Positions 24,601 through 37,621 of a stretch of 64,000 bases of DNA are shown piece by piece. Both the position numbers and the translations under genes were made by a program. Source of the DNA: Callorhinchus milii (taxonomy: Eukaryota); contig NW_024704743.1 of assembly GCF_018977255.1 (NCBI RefSeq), positions 72,728,001 through 72,792,000 of the forward strand. Reading direction: 5' to 3'. The first letter of the stretch is position 1; the number at the start of each line of letters is the position of its first letter. The notes under the pieces were generated by a model that was not told where the DNA came from, did not search any database, and saw only the letters and a program-made list of their open reading frames with translations.

Positions 24601-25959
24601 AATATCCCAGCAGCAGCAGTTCGGGAACAATTTCCTTGGATACGAAATGCAATGAAGTTCAACTGTTGGGTGGGGGGGAGATTCTACCTGGATCTAGAGA
24701 TTTATTCTATTAATGTAGGATTTCAGGGCATTTAAAATTTGACAAATTCTAAGCCTTAAATTTTCAAGCCAGTCTTCTGTTGGCAGACACATCAACACAG
24801 GAACATAATCTCAACCTCAGAGGATGAGAGGTGAACAAACAGTTCAGGTTGAAGCATTTTACACAAAGTTGTGAATATGTGAAGTAGACTGCGTGGGGAG
24901 GCGGTAGAGCCAGATTCCATCAACAAATTCAAGAGAGAATTTGAGAGCTATTTTACAAATAATTTAATTGAGAGAGATAGAATAGTGGAGAATTATATAG
25001 GGTTTTTTTAAACTTTGAGAATAGCAATCCATACCTCAATGTTCTTTTCTGGTCCTATCCATTCCTTTGTTACTGTTAAATAAGCAATAAACAGGGCTTT
25101 GGGAAATCCTCATAACATGGAAGGAAGTATATAAATGCAATTTGTTGTTATAATTAATATAAATAGTACATTCCGTGAAATGTCAACACTTTTCCACTTG
25201 AACACCAACCCAGCCCACTCCAACCATAAATACAACTGTAGCTGACACCAATTTGTCTTGCACCCACAGTCTTTTGAGTCAGAAAGTGTTTAGTATTGAA
25301 ATGGTGAATGAGAATAATTAGCAAAAAACCATTGTGATTGCACTCGGAGACTATAATGCAATAGCCTCAACCTTTCAATCTTACACTAGGTATACTGTAC
25401 AATAATTCCCTCTTATTTTCAATTTCATTTAAATAAAAAGCTTTTCTTGCATGACATACAAATAGGCTGAACAGAAGAGCACACTTACAATGCCTGTGGT
25501 ATTATGTTTGTTGTGCTTGTATTTCTGGACAATGGCCACAAAGGTTTTGCACTGAGATTTTAGTTGAAGAGGCAGTGAGTTGCTAGATCAATTTTTAAAA
25601 TATTGTTGCTTTCAAGATTTCTTTGAGTAGGAGGATTTAACAACTGCAGCAACATATCCTGTGCCACTGCAAGGAAACCAAAGGCCAATTGCTCTTACTG
25701 ATCTCACAGTGTATTTTTCCATTCTTTGATCTTTTTCTAAGTGTCAGGTTATGCTTCTGTTTCATGTTGCTTGTGTGCAAATGTCAGAAGCTTCCCTGCA
25801 AACCAAAAGAAAGGCCACTGTAATCACAAATATATATAGGTCAGAAACTGTGATTCAGTGATCCGGATTAGTACAATGAATTTTCTTTCACTGGACCAGC
25901 CAGCACAAATACAGTGCTTGTTTAGTTTTAAATGCTGTAGTAGAGAAAGTAAACCCAGA

Positions 25960-26245
25960 ACAATGCTTTCAGAGATGCCAAGGCAGCAGGAAAAGAGGGC
26001 ACAGGTTCAAGAGCAATGTTATGAAGAGCAATTTTCGGACATAGGCCAGGAAGTATCTCTTTACACAGAGGGTCATCGATGGCTGGAATGGATTATCCAA
26101 GAAGGGAGTAGAGGCTAGGATGCTGGACTCATTAAGAAAACTCCTTGGTGCTATAATGAGAAGACAGTTGGGTTGGCGTTGAAGAATAATGAGATGAAGA
26201 GCCCTTTTCATCCACATCTTTTGTCACTTTATTCCTTGTTTTATT
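25960..26245 (+). mobile_element. CR1 3' fragment
   Basis: agagggcacaggttcaag...ctttacacagagggtcatcgatggctggaatggattacc-like C-terminal coding remnant. Confidence 0.7.
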
Positions 26246-26356
26246 CTAATACATTGATAACCACACTGACACAATGCAAATGTGGTAGCTATACTGCTAG
26301 TAAATTGTAATATAATAACTGACATTTATTTTAATCAAACAGGTATGTTGCCCTCC

Positions 26357-26676
26357 AATAATAATAATAATAATCCTTGCATTTGATATAGCGCTTTTCA
26401 CGTCGGGAACACGTCCCAAAGCGCTTCACAGAACACACTGTAAAGTGAATTGACTGTATATTTGTGGGCGAACGCGGCAGCCAATTGCGCACAGCAATGT
26501 CCCACGAACAGTCGTAGATTGAAAATGACCAATTTAATTATTGTTTTTAGTTTTGGAGGGATTATTATTAGGCGTGTGGAGTAAGGAAACTTGCCCAAGG
26601 TTTCGCCCTGCCTGGAATTGAACTCAGGTCTCTCGCTTGCAAAGCGAGTGCTCTAACCACTGAGCTACAGGACTCC
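26357..26676 (-). mobile_element. tRNA(Ala)-derived SINE, young subfamily, followed by an inverted partial copy (26677-26776)
   Basis: Full-length reverse copy; 100-bp inverted duplication at its 5' junction. Confidence 0.95.
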
Positions 26677-27784
26677 CTAATAATAATCCGTCCCAAACTA
26701 AAAACAATAATTAAATTGGTCATTTTCAATCTACGACTGTTTGTGGGACATTGCTGTGCGCAATTGGCTGCCGCGTGTATAAGCATATACACATTCTTTT
26801 TTGGGCTATATTACTCAGGACACAAGAATACTGGCAAGCCACCCTTTCTCTTGCCACCCCACACACTACCTGTGACACAGTTAGCTGGCATCCAGAGGTG
26901 TACAACATTCGACTAGTGGTGACACCATTCTAAAAGTCCCTTGTGAAGAGATGCCTGTTCTCTGCTTCATATCTCCTCACCCAGTGTGAAAGGCTTGATA
27001 TCAAAGGATTGTTATGTACAGATATCCACTTGACAATAACAACTTGGATTTATATAGCGCCCCTCACACAGGGTAGTGCCCAGATCGCTTGGCAATGGCA
27101 GAGCACGACTCAGAAAAGATTACCTTTTGCCATCTGTTTTTTCTCCCAGCTTATTAGGAAAAGCATGGCAATATGTAAGCAGCGCTGTAATTCAGCAGAA
27201 TGTCTGTAATGGATTGAAGAAACCCACTTTAAGGTTTGAAATGCTCATGCTCAATCAAATGAAACTAAAATGAGATACAGTTTCCTATTCTGAATTGTTT
27301 CAGATACCATGTTTATTTAACATTCACTGGCATTGCCCTAAAGGTGTCATCAGATGACCTCTTGATGTAAGTGCTGTATTTTTATCACCAGTTTCTTAAT
27401 GTAAAAAAATCCCCTAGCTAAATATTGGTCAATTGGAAAGTATTTTGTTCTTATTACAGTGTAGCCCCATTGTAACAGTGCTTGAGATCCATCAAATCCC
27501 CAAACACTATAGTGGGTATGACAGCACAGCCAGAGTACTCTGTCCCTATGCAATGAGCTGTTCCTGTGGTAAAAGAAAAATGTCCAAAATCTGAGCAATT
27601 GAATAACCACCAACATCACTTCCTGTTTGCCTCACATGCACAAAGCAGGAAGGCGGTGATCTGATTTTTAGCACAGGAGTTGTTCGGATCTGGAATGCAT
27701 TGCCTGAAAGGGTGGTTGAAGCCGATTCAATAACAACTTTTAAGAGAGTAGATAATTATTTGGGGAGGACAAGTTTGCAGGGCT

Positions 27785-28091
27785 ATAATCCTTGCATTTT
27801 TGATATAGCTCTTATCACGTCTTCTAGGCGTCTCAAAGCGCTTCACAGAATATACTGTAAAGTGGATTGACTGTATATTTGTGGGTGAAACGCGGCAGCC
27901 AATTGTGCACAGCAGTGCCCCACAAACAGTCGTGGATTGAAGTGACCAATTTATTATTGTTTTTTTCATGCAGGATTATTATCAGGTGTGTGGAGTAAGG
28001 AAACTTGCCCAAAGTTTTGCTCTTCCGGGAATCGAACCCAGATCTCTCGTTTGTGAGGTGAGTGCTCTAACCACTGAGCTACAGTAGTCCA
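27785..28091 (-). mobile_element. tRNA(Ala)-derived SINE nested in a CR1 3' end (about 27660-28210, plus strand)
   Basis: Flanks are CR1 (tggaatgcattgcctgaaagggtggttgaagc ... gatgggccgaatggcctccttctgtgctg); ctat on both sides. Confidence 0.9.
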
Positions 28092-29551
28092 TGCTCCCAC
28101 TCCCCCACTCTATGGGGAGATTGAATTGGATAGCTCTTTTCAAAGAGCTGGCACAGACACGATGGGCCGAATGGCCTCCTTCTGTGCTGTTTTATTCTAT
28201 GATTTTATGAAACTAAAATGGCTAACCTCTGGGTCATTTGGTCACTGCTGACATCACTTTCTGGTTTGCCGATGCATAGCAATTTCAATACTAAAAGCTG
28301 TTCGGTGTACTAAGAGGAGTCGGTCTGTCCACACACACAGTGAATGTAATCTACAGTGCAACTACATAACAACTGAATTCATGCTATAATGAAGCATGAT
28401 ACAACAAGGCTGCACTGTGTATAATAGCTCAACTAAAGTTCTCTTCACAGTCGGGCTGGGAGTCAGAGCACAATACAGTAATTGGCCTCAGCACCCCAAA
28501 GCTAGAGAGAAGAAAAAATACTAAGGCATTTCTGCTTCTCATTACAATCTGCTGGCCTAACTGGAAAATGTATGTACGTGTGTGTGTGCACACATGTGTG
28601 CATGCGTGCATGCTGCCATGGCTCTTTCTATAAATAACACAGAGTTGCAAGACTTCAGCTTTGACATGATTTGGCATCTGAGCTATACAGGGGACCCCAG
28701 AGAAAAAAAGCTATTTATGGTCACGAGCGTTTTCTGTCCACACTGTAACCTATACTATTACAGCACTTTTGAGATACCACTAACAGGCCACTAACTGTGA
28801 TCCCTGCACAGCCCGCTTTAACACCCACTTTCCAGACTCATACAGGAAGAGTGGACAACATCCAGCATCCATGGAAGAGAACCATACACCAATTTCAGTT
28901 CGAATCTTCAACAGAGCAAACATTTCTTTTGATTAATAATCCATAATTAGAACTAATTCTAAGCCATATTCCACATCAGAATTGCACACACCTTGATTTG
29001 TGCACCACTAATGTTCCACACTATATTTCCAGATGATTTGACATGTGTGGAGTTGCAGAATATTACAGTCCCTACTGAAGCAAACCACATAACATTTACT
29101 ATCCAAATAAATCGCACTTGGCTAAAAATTCAGACTTACTGCATTTGATCGCTTCCAAAGATATGAATCATTTCAATCAGCACTCAGTCAAGTGCATTGA
29201 AACTGATGTGAAGTCATCAAACCCCTATGCCACTCTTCTGCAATTTACCAATTAGTGTCATGGAGATTGGAGCTCTCCAAAGCATTATTTGATCTTCTCA
29301 CACTGAGTAAACACAGCTGTTAATCATGGCAGCTTTAATCAAAAGAAAAACTAAACAATAAATTAATACTGAAAATTAGCAATTACCATGTAAGATTTCC
29401 TCATTAAGTGCTATAACGTGGTGTGTTATCTGGTGCCTGCTGGGCAACACAAAGCAAAGACCTGAAGATTTACAGATCTTGGTTAATGGCATTCCTGAGG
29501 TGTACCTTAGGGTGAGGATTCTTGAGCTGACAAACAATAAGGCAAGATGTA

Positions 29552-29600
29552 TTCTGGTTGACTAAAGGTTTCTGGTTGACTGAAGGATTCTGGCTGATTG
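29552..29600. repeat. 18-bp tandem repeat, about 2.7 units
   Basis: ttctggttgactaaaggt ttctggttgactgaagga ttctggctgattg. Confidence 0.8.
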
Positions 29601-30699
29601 CTGAAATATGTTGAATACCTCTCCCTGAACCAGAAAAGTCTAATAATAATCTCTACATTTGGCATACAGATTGCATCTTTCCCACCGGAGGAAATCTCAA
29701 AGGACTTCACAGGATACACTGTAAAGTGGAATGATTTTGTGTTATGTGGGCAAATGCTTTGTTTAGTCAGCACATGTTTGGTAGCAAATCTCTTCCAAAA
29801 TAGTGGCAATTCACAAACAAACAAGACAGGTTTGACAGTAAAAGGCCTTTCCACTGATCTAGTTTCACCTTCTGATTAGTTACCAAGGAGCTAATTATAC
29901 TGGAGACTCGTTCCTGAGAGGGAGTTTCAGGAGCGATGCGATTCACTCCACACAGGACAAAGAAGAATATATAATTACTCTGGACTCACTGCTCTCTTTT
30001 GAACAAACCATTTTTAGTGCTATTAAAGGAACATTCATCTGATTTATTGCAAACTCACCACTCCCTTCACTTCATCATTTGTGGCCAAGCTTTCAACCAT
30101 CATCCTGTCCTTTGCAACTCTCTTCCAAAACCACTCTTTGCCTGTCCCTGCCTCAAACCATCTAAAAACATTTTGCTTTGACCATGTCTTTCGTCAACAT
30201 CTTGAAATCTTTCACTTCCTGACATTCTTTTAATGCAAATAAAAAGTGCTGTGTAAACTGTGTTTTTTCCAGCTCAAATGAAAGTGATATGTAACAGTCA
30301 CAATAAAGTATGCTTCCAACTCCATATGGCTACCCTACTCGGACCAAAGTGGCTTAACATCCAGCAATGTAACCTCATGTGATAATATGCCCACAAAACA
30401 CACAGTCACTTTACACTGCATCCTGTGAAATGCTTTGGGATGTCCTCCTGACTTGAAAGGCACTATACCAAATGTAAGTATTATTATTATTATTTTTACA
30501 TTGTTCAGAGATATAGTAGATTACCACATATCTAGCTGCATGCAACTCTCTGCATGTTGGCTAATCCACATCAAGCTCTAATAGAGAAGTGAGAGGCCAG
30601 GAAATAAAATCTGTGATTTAGCTGCACATAGCACCTGCAATCCAACAATGTGAAGAAATATTTAACTTACAATTTTTTTTTGCAGGTAAAATTTTGAGT

Positions 30700-30920
30700 T
30701 AGAGAGAGAGAGAAACCCAGAGAAAGAGAGAGGAAAGAATCAGATAGAAATTTAGACTCAGTGAGAGAGAGGGAGGGTGATAAGATGAATAACATCAGTA
30801 TCAGAGAGAGAAAGTTTGAGAGAGAGAGAGAGAGAGAGATTCCAAGAGAAACAAAAAGACTCAAGAGACAGTTAGAGAGAAAGTGAAAGAGAAAAAAAGA
30901 TTGAGGGATAAAGTCAGAGA
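30700..30920. repeat. GA-rich low-complexity / (GA)n microsatellite
   Basis: Multiple gagaga runs, longest about 30818-30839. Confidence 0.85.
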
Positions 30921-31507
30921 GGCTGGCAAAGTGTGGTACTATAGCATCAGTATAACTCATGATGGTTTCTTTGGTTTGCACTGTAGCTAATTTGTAGTTG
31001 CATGACGACAAATTATCCACATTCGCTTCCACATCCACAATGTGCCAGTACCTATCAATTCAGATGATAAAATCTCTACTGCAAAACACAAATTCTCTGC
31101 TTAATCTTATCCAGCTACAGCAGGAGCAGACGTTTAGATGCAGTTGCAATTAGATGTCCTGCAAAGCATGCTAGCCAGCAGGTAACAATATTCTCTCATA
31201 TCACTATCAGAAATAAAAGGGAGTTCACCCAGAAGGAAGGGAAATTTAAAAAAATAAAATGTAGATGAACGAAAATCACAAAAACTGCAATAAAAGATAA
31301 TCTTCCAGGCACCTTTTTTTTAAACATTGAATTTGATCGTAATCGACTACGATTTTATATACGTAATCTGCATCAGTAAATGGATTTCACCAGCAATAAT
31401 AATACAATTGTGAAGTACTTTGGATTTTTTTTCTGAGACACAACAGAAACTTGATAGGGAACAAATTAATAGAATAAACTCTTGTGAAAATAACCAGTGC
31501 CTCTTAC

Positions 31508-31631
31508 CGAAGTCTGCCAGTTTCAGCTCCCCAGTATCACCGATAAGTAGATTCTGAGGTTTCAGGTCACGGTGAAGAATATATTGCTGATGTATATAGG
31601 AGAGCCCTCGAAGCAGCTGGAACAAAAATAT
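31508..31631 (-). CDS. CDK14: CDK14 internal coding exon (124 bp), [41 protein letters not shown](G), catalytic loop and DFG
   Basis: Minus strand reads ttctttaag|ATA TTT...GAC TTC G|gtaaga and contains HRDLKPQN and DFG. Introns to the upstream exons are 16,995 and 12,024 bp. Confidence 0.96.
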
Positions 31632-33289
31632 CTTAAAGAAAAGAACAAAAGAATTAACCTAGGAATCATAACCAGGCATCTTAAAATACCAAACAATTCC
31701 AGAAAATTACTTTTCTAAAGAAGCTGTGATTTATCAATGATAATACACATGAATATCAGATTAGTTTCAACATAGACTGTGTCAAATTTTAGATTTTTGA
31801 TCTTACATTTTTGTGAGATGAAAGATGAAGATGAGGCTTTACATTATGATACCAGGCTTCAAACTGGTGTGAAAGCTACCTCCTCAACACAGACTTTAGA
31901 GATGGTGAATTTTGTTAAGACTTGGAAGGTGTGGTGGAGGGCATTAAAACAAAACAGATAGGGTTTGCAGTGAGATTATATGATACCTGCTTGGAGCTGT
32001 CTTTTCAAGATTTTAATGGATTTTACGATTCAGAGAGAGAGATACTTCCAAAAATGGATTCTGATTCTTTTAATCTGGTTACAAATCATATTCATAAGGA
32101 CTCCTCCTAAATATGCGCACGATATTTAAAGACAAGTTATTGTTCTACTGAGTCAGCTGATTGAGGAAGAAGACTCATCTCCTGAGCTGCAGAAAAATCC
32201 CCACTCCCAGAGATTACAGAACTCAGGTGGAAACAAAAGCCTTTCTGAGATACTTGCAGCCCCTTAAGGAATGGTTATTTCATCTAAACAATATCAAAAC
32301 ATAGTACCTCTTCAAATTCTCAAATGTCTCAAAATGCTTCACAGGATTTACAGTAAAGTCCAGGCACTATGTAGTTTGTAGGCGAATGCAACAGCCAATT
32401 TGTGCACACTAATGATCCACAAACAGTTTTCAAGTGAATAACCAATTTTATCTGGGGATTGTTGGCCAGGACACAGGAGAAACTTAGTCATTCCAAGATT
32501 GCTATACAGAAGTTAAGTGAGTTTAACAGTGAGGTACAAGAACGGAATATGTGCAACAGGAGTCATGCTGGATTTGCGATCATTGGTTCTGACTGTGCAT
32601 AGGGTCGATCCGTGAGAACTCTGTTCTAAAGTAACCTGGAGAAGATAAGGCAGGATATATTTTCAGACACTTTATTAATTTTATCAACCTCAAAATACTG
32701 AACGCAGAACTTTATGGCCTCAATTGACTTGAGCTCTCCTGGATTTCCTTCCCTAGAAGTATAAGTATTCAGAAAATGACAGTGTAAACTGTGATATACA
32801 ACAGGCCCATATTGCCTGCTTAGAACAGAGCTATAACGGCAGCCTATAAATATAATTTGGGACTCTTTTCCTTTCCACTCCCACATTCCCCAAACTTACC
32901 ATGTTTAATTTGCAATGTATTTGTACTTTTATGTGGTAAAACAGCTTTAAAATTTAAGAACCAAAGATTGGTATGGTTCTTGCGCTCGGCTGATGTTTAA
33001 ATATTTGTGGTTGCTGCTTTTCAGTGATCCGAAATATTGCAAGTAAGTTGTTCCTGACCCACTCTCATTATTATGTGATTCAAATCAGTATGAATAAACA
33101 CTAGAAATTCCTCCCCTAGCCACATGAAAGAAATTGATTTGGACTCTATGTGTGATCAAAGACATGGAAATATAAGATTCTCTCCAAATATGAGTTAACC
33201 ACAAGGAAAATTATTTACTTAGTGCTGCCTATCCATAGATCTGCCAATATCAGGAAAACTTTAAAGCTAAGCTCAAAAACAAAAATATC

Positions 33290-33985
33290 TCCAAGCAGTG
33301 CTGGAGGGGTAAAGGGGGAGGTGACTGTCACTGCAGTTGAAGAGATTTTGAGGGCAGTATTTAAAGACAGATAGAAAATGGGTAGACAGATAGCTAGAGA
33401 GAGGGATTTCCAAAGGATGAAGGTGAAGCCTCATACCCCAAGTGAGGACTTTGAAATAGATTCACTGAAGGCAAGGAGAGAATGTAAGTTACCCTGACGA
33501 GGACCAGGGTGATGGGTGTGCCGAGTATGCTGTAGGTGAGAATATGGGAGCAGAGTTTTGGATCAAGTTGAACCTAGTGAGGGAGATTGGTAAGGTTTGT
33601 GTTAGGTGAGCAGTGTAGCAAAGGTAAAGATAAGCAGTCTTATTCAAAACAAAGAAAGTTGAGGAACCAAAGGAAAGCTAAGTTGCGCAATGGTTCAATA
33701 AGTTTGAGAAAGAGGCCAAGGAGGTTGAGGAGCCAGACAACAGGAGCATTGGCAGGAACAGAGGAAGAGGATTCCTGTGTTGAACATGTTAAGCTGCAGA
33801 AAACTGAGGCTCATCCAGGTTTTGATGTCTGACAGGCAAGCGGACAGAACATCAGAGGACCTGAAATCAAGAGTAGAAGCGAAGAGGAAACTTTGGGCAT
33901 AATCCACATACATGAGGAAATTAACCCCATATCTGTAAATGATGTTACCAAAGGGGAGCATGTAGATAAGGAAAGGGAGGGGACA
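33290..33985 (-). mobile_element. Old degraded L2 RT fragment
   Basis: ORF 33695..34036: PFLIYMLPFG..YGVNFLMYVDY..ACLSDIKTWMSLSFLQLN. Confidence 0.8.
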
Positions 33986-35614
33986 GACAACACAACCACA
34001 ATGTGGTCCACAGATGGCCATTGCAGTCAATGACAATACAGAATTCCCAGAGCATAAGAAAGCATGGTAAATTGATCATTCCCCTTTTGAGATGTTACAG
34101 TGTTCAACAATACTGGTCTGTTACCTACAAAACAGAAGGTAATTATTGTAAAACACAAATGCTTTCAGGTGATAAAGAAATATAAAATTATTTCTTTCTT
34201 TCTAAGTGCGATACTGGATGAAAAAGAAATGTCCAAACAAGTACGGATCTATCAGATAATTTCAATTTAAAATGAATAACTGGTTATGTTTTAATATTAA
34301 TCTCAAAGCTTTATATAATGGTGAGTGAGAGCTAGCGTGAACCTGCAAAAAGAGTGGAACCAAACCAGCAATGTTAGATTTAATCACAGTCTCAAAATCA
34401 GCATTGTACCAAAGGTTAGTTTTTGTTTTCCAAGACTTAGCATATATAACCACTTAATAGTTTGGGAAAACATGCATTCAGCAGCGTTAGACATAAAAGA
34501 TGGGATAAATAAAACCTTCAGATTTGACAGCTTCATTATGAGGAATTTGCTATTTAAGATTTTTAGGCTTAGTGCTCACGTCAGCACACTCAGAAATAAA
34601 CAATTTGTACTTCTGCCGCTGTTCAAAGAAAATGCTTCTTGAAATAAGGGTGCCTGCCTTTCATTAAAAAGAAAATAAATCTTTATAAACGTACAAAAGT
34701 AGCATTATCTTATTCAACCTTTAATAGTACTACTTAAGAGAACATAAGGCAAGCTGAGGATACAAAAATTATATTCACCTCCACCCACCACCGAAACATG
34801 TCCTTCCAGGTAAGCAACTCCATCACAGCTTCAGGTGATATTTTGAAAAGTTTATTAATAACTGTTCGTAGATGTTTTGCCCTGATATCTATTTTCACCT
34901 ATTTATGCTCTCTGGTTCTACTTTGAAGAAACAGCTTAGATTTATATTTTCATCTTTGTCAGTTGCCCCTGGCTTCCCTTTTTAACAGATCAGCTCCAGA
35001 TTCTAATCTTTAAATCCTTCAAGATCTTGCTTGCTCTTGCCCCACCTCTCCAATCTTCTTCATCTTCATTCTCCCATTTATTCCCTCTTGTGGTCGACTA
35101 CCTCATTCCTCACACCTTTGTTCTAGCAGCAGTGTTCGAACTTTAAATCCACTGTGCCTCAAGTGTCAAAAATGCTCCCCCAAATTCCTTTACCTTACTC
35201 CTTCTCTCTTTGTCTTCCGTTTCCTCTTAACTTGTCTCCTTGACAATTCCTTTGGTCAACATTCTGAAATGCTCCCTCCTTCCTATCTTATTTGATGACA
35301 ATAATCTTTGCTGGACAAGTAGCCAAATATATATGCACAAGCACAACTAGTGAATGCACTGAATCTCACCTTATTTTTATAATCACATGTCCAAATAATC
35401 ATACTTTACCGTACAGTTTATTTCTACAAGCCAAAACTATTACATTAAAACTTAGATGAGAAATAAAACATTTAATAACTATTTGGAAGTGACATCTAAA
35501 ATGTAAATATGTAAAAGTTTCAATGCAAAATATGCTTTATTATGCTAAAATCTACTGAGGCATAATTATCCACCTTTGATAATTTCAAGAAGCAATTTCT
35601 TTGAAAACCTGCCG

Positions 35615-36030
35615 ACTGAGGGAAAGAGGTCCAGAGTTTCGGGACGTAGTGGCAGAAGACACAGCCACCAATGGTGGAGCTGAGGGAACGAGGGACAAAC
35701 AGCAGGGCGGAGCCAGCCAAGCAGATGCAGTGGGTGGTGGAGCGAGGGCATGAAGGGATTTGAAAACAAGTGAGACAATCTTAAAATCGATCCGTTTAGT
35801 AATTTGGAGCCAGTGGAGCCTGGCAAGGACTGTTGTGATGGGGGTACAGAGTTTTGTGCCCGTGAGTATCCAGGCAGTGGAGTTTTGATTTTGTTGAATT
35901 TTGTGTATTGTGGAGCTGGGGAGACCAGCAAGGAAGAAATTAGAATAGTCCAGCTGGGAAGTACCAAAGGCATTTCAGCTGCTTTGGTTGTGAGGTATGG
36001 ACGCAGGCAGGCAATGTGACCAGGGAGTAG
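35615..36030 (-). mobile_element. L2 fragment
   Basis: STIGGCVFCHYVPKLWTSFP; nucleotide similarity to 2680-3120. Confidence 0.8.
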
Positions 36031-36175
36031 ACCCAGAAAGAGTTCTACCGAAGTAGAACCTTGTTACTCCTGGTCCTTGAATATGTATATAATGCTTGAT
36101 CACCTGGAGCAAATTGTTTATAAAAAAATAAACGTAAATTGGTACATTCTGGGACAAGAAACTGTTAACAAATAC

Positions 36176-37262
36176 AATAACAACACTATATTTGTATAGC
36201 TCCTTTTATGTCAGGAGGGCATCCCAAGGTGCTGGACTTTGGATCTGATCTGGGGGTCGTGGTTGAAGACGCAATGGAAAAGGAGTGTTTTGAGACGTGC
36301 CTTAAAGGAGGCAAGGGAAGGAGGGAGCAAAGGGAATGTGGCATAGAGTTCCAGAGGGTGGGGACAGAAAGGCTGAAGGCCAGATCACCAATGGTGGGGA
36401 GGGTCAGGCGGGGATGTGGAGCAGGCTGCAGGCTACTGAGCGGAGGGAGTGGACAGGTTGACTTGGGGTCAGCAGATCAGAGAGGTAGGAGGAGCAAGGC
36501 CGTGGAGGGCATTAAAAGTGAGGGCGAGGATTTTGAACTCTATCCCCTGGGGGATGGGTAGCCAGTGGAGCTGAGTGAGGATGGGAATGATGGGGTCACG
36601 GAGTCTGGTATGGAAAAGGACACAAGCTGCAGAGTTCTGGATGATCTGCAGGTGGTGGAGGGAAGAGTTGTGAAGGCCGACAAGCTGGGCATTGGCTCAG
36701 TTGAGTCCTGTAGCTCAGTGGTTAGAGCACTCGCTTTGCAAGTGAGAGACCTGTGTTCAATTCCAGGCAGAGGGCGAAACCTTGGGCAAGTTTCCTTACT
36801 CCACACAGAGCCTAATAATAATCCCTCCAAAACCAAAGACAATAATAAATTGGTCATTTTCAATCTACGACTGTTTGTGGCACATTGCTGTGCGCAATTG
36901 GCTGCCGCGTTCGCCCACAAATATACAGTGAATTCATTTTACAGTGTGTTCTGTGAAGCGCTTTGGGACGTCCTCCCGACGTGAAAAGCGCTATATCAAA
37001 TGCAAGGATTATTATTATTTATATGTGATGAGAAGGCAAAGTGAGTCATGGCACGGATGTGGGGTAGAAAGGACAGTTGAGGGTCAAACAAGATGCCAAG
37101 GTTCTGGACTGTCTTAGTAAGGTGGAGTGTGAATCCATGGATGGTGATGCTGTCAGTGCCTGAGGTGTGGAGGTGCTGATGGGAGCGAATCAGAAGGGCC
37201 TCGGCCTCAATGTTCAACTGTAGAAAGTTAGCTCTCATCCAGGACTTGATGTCTGACAGACA
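36176..37262 (-). mobile_element. L2 3' fragment (subfamily B) interrupted by a SINE
   Basis: Aligns to 37622-38510; LSDIKSWMRANFLQLN in ORF 36996..37322. Confidence 0.88.
36702..37019 (+). mobile_element. tRNA(Ala)-derived SINE, young subfamily
   Basis: Full-length copy inside the L2. Confidence 0.95.
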
Positions 37263-37621
37263 TATGTACACAATGAAGAGGTGTTCATTAGCAGAAGTCG
37301 AAATGGAAAAATATGTGAACAAATGCGAGTGTGATTATTGATCATTCACTGAAGATTTCCAATCAATGTGAAGCTGTTGTCAACAAAGCCAATCAAATAC
37401 TATTTACATCTCAAGTGCATTTAGCTATGAGGGATAGCATATGCAATCGCTAAAAATAGGAATCTGTTTATTATGCCACATTTTCACTTTTGGCTCTCTG
37501 TTGAAAAGAACATGGCAGTATTACAGAAGATTCAGAGAACAACAAACAAAATTCCAAGACTTAACAGCTCAAGTTCCCAGAGATCTTTAAAACAATGAAA
37601 GCCTTGATTACCTTTGCACAC

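Noticed and set aside
29552..29600. SQPE peptide repeat in ORF 29507..29854
   Set aside because: Simple 18-bp DNA tandem duplication; the ORF runs through a SINE tail.
30525..30634. Minus-strand ...CTA GAT ATG TG|gtaa resembling the end of the next CDK14 exon (LDMW), with an upstream ttgcag|GT
   Set aside because: In-frame stop, incompatible phase, and no ARAKS or TLWYRPP motif; coincidence.
30667..31038. 123-aa hydrophobic Leu/Ser-rich ORF
   Set aside because: Product of the GA microsatellite.
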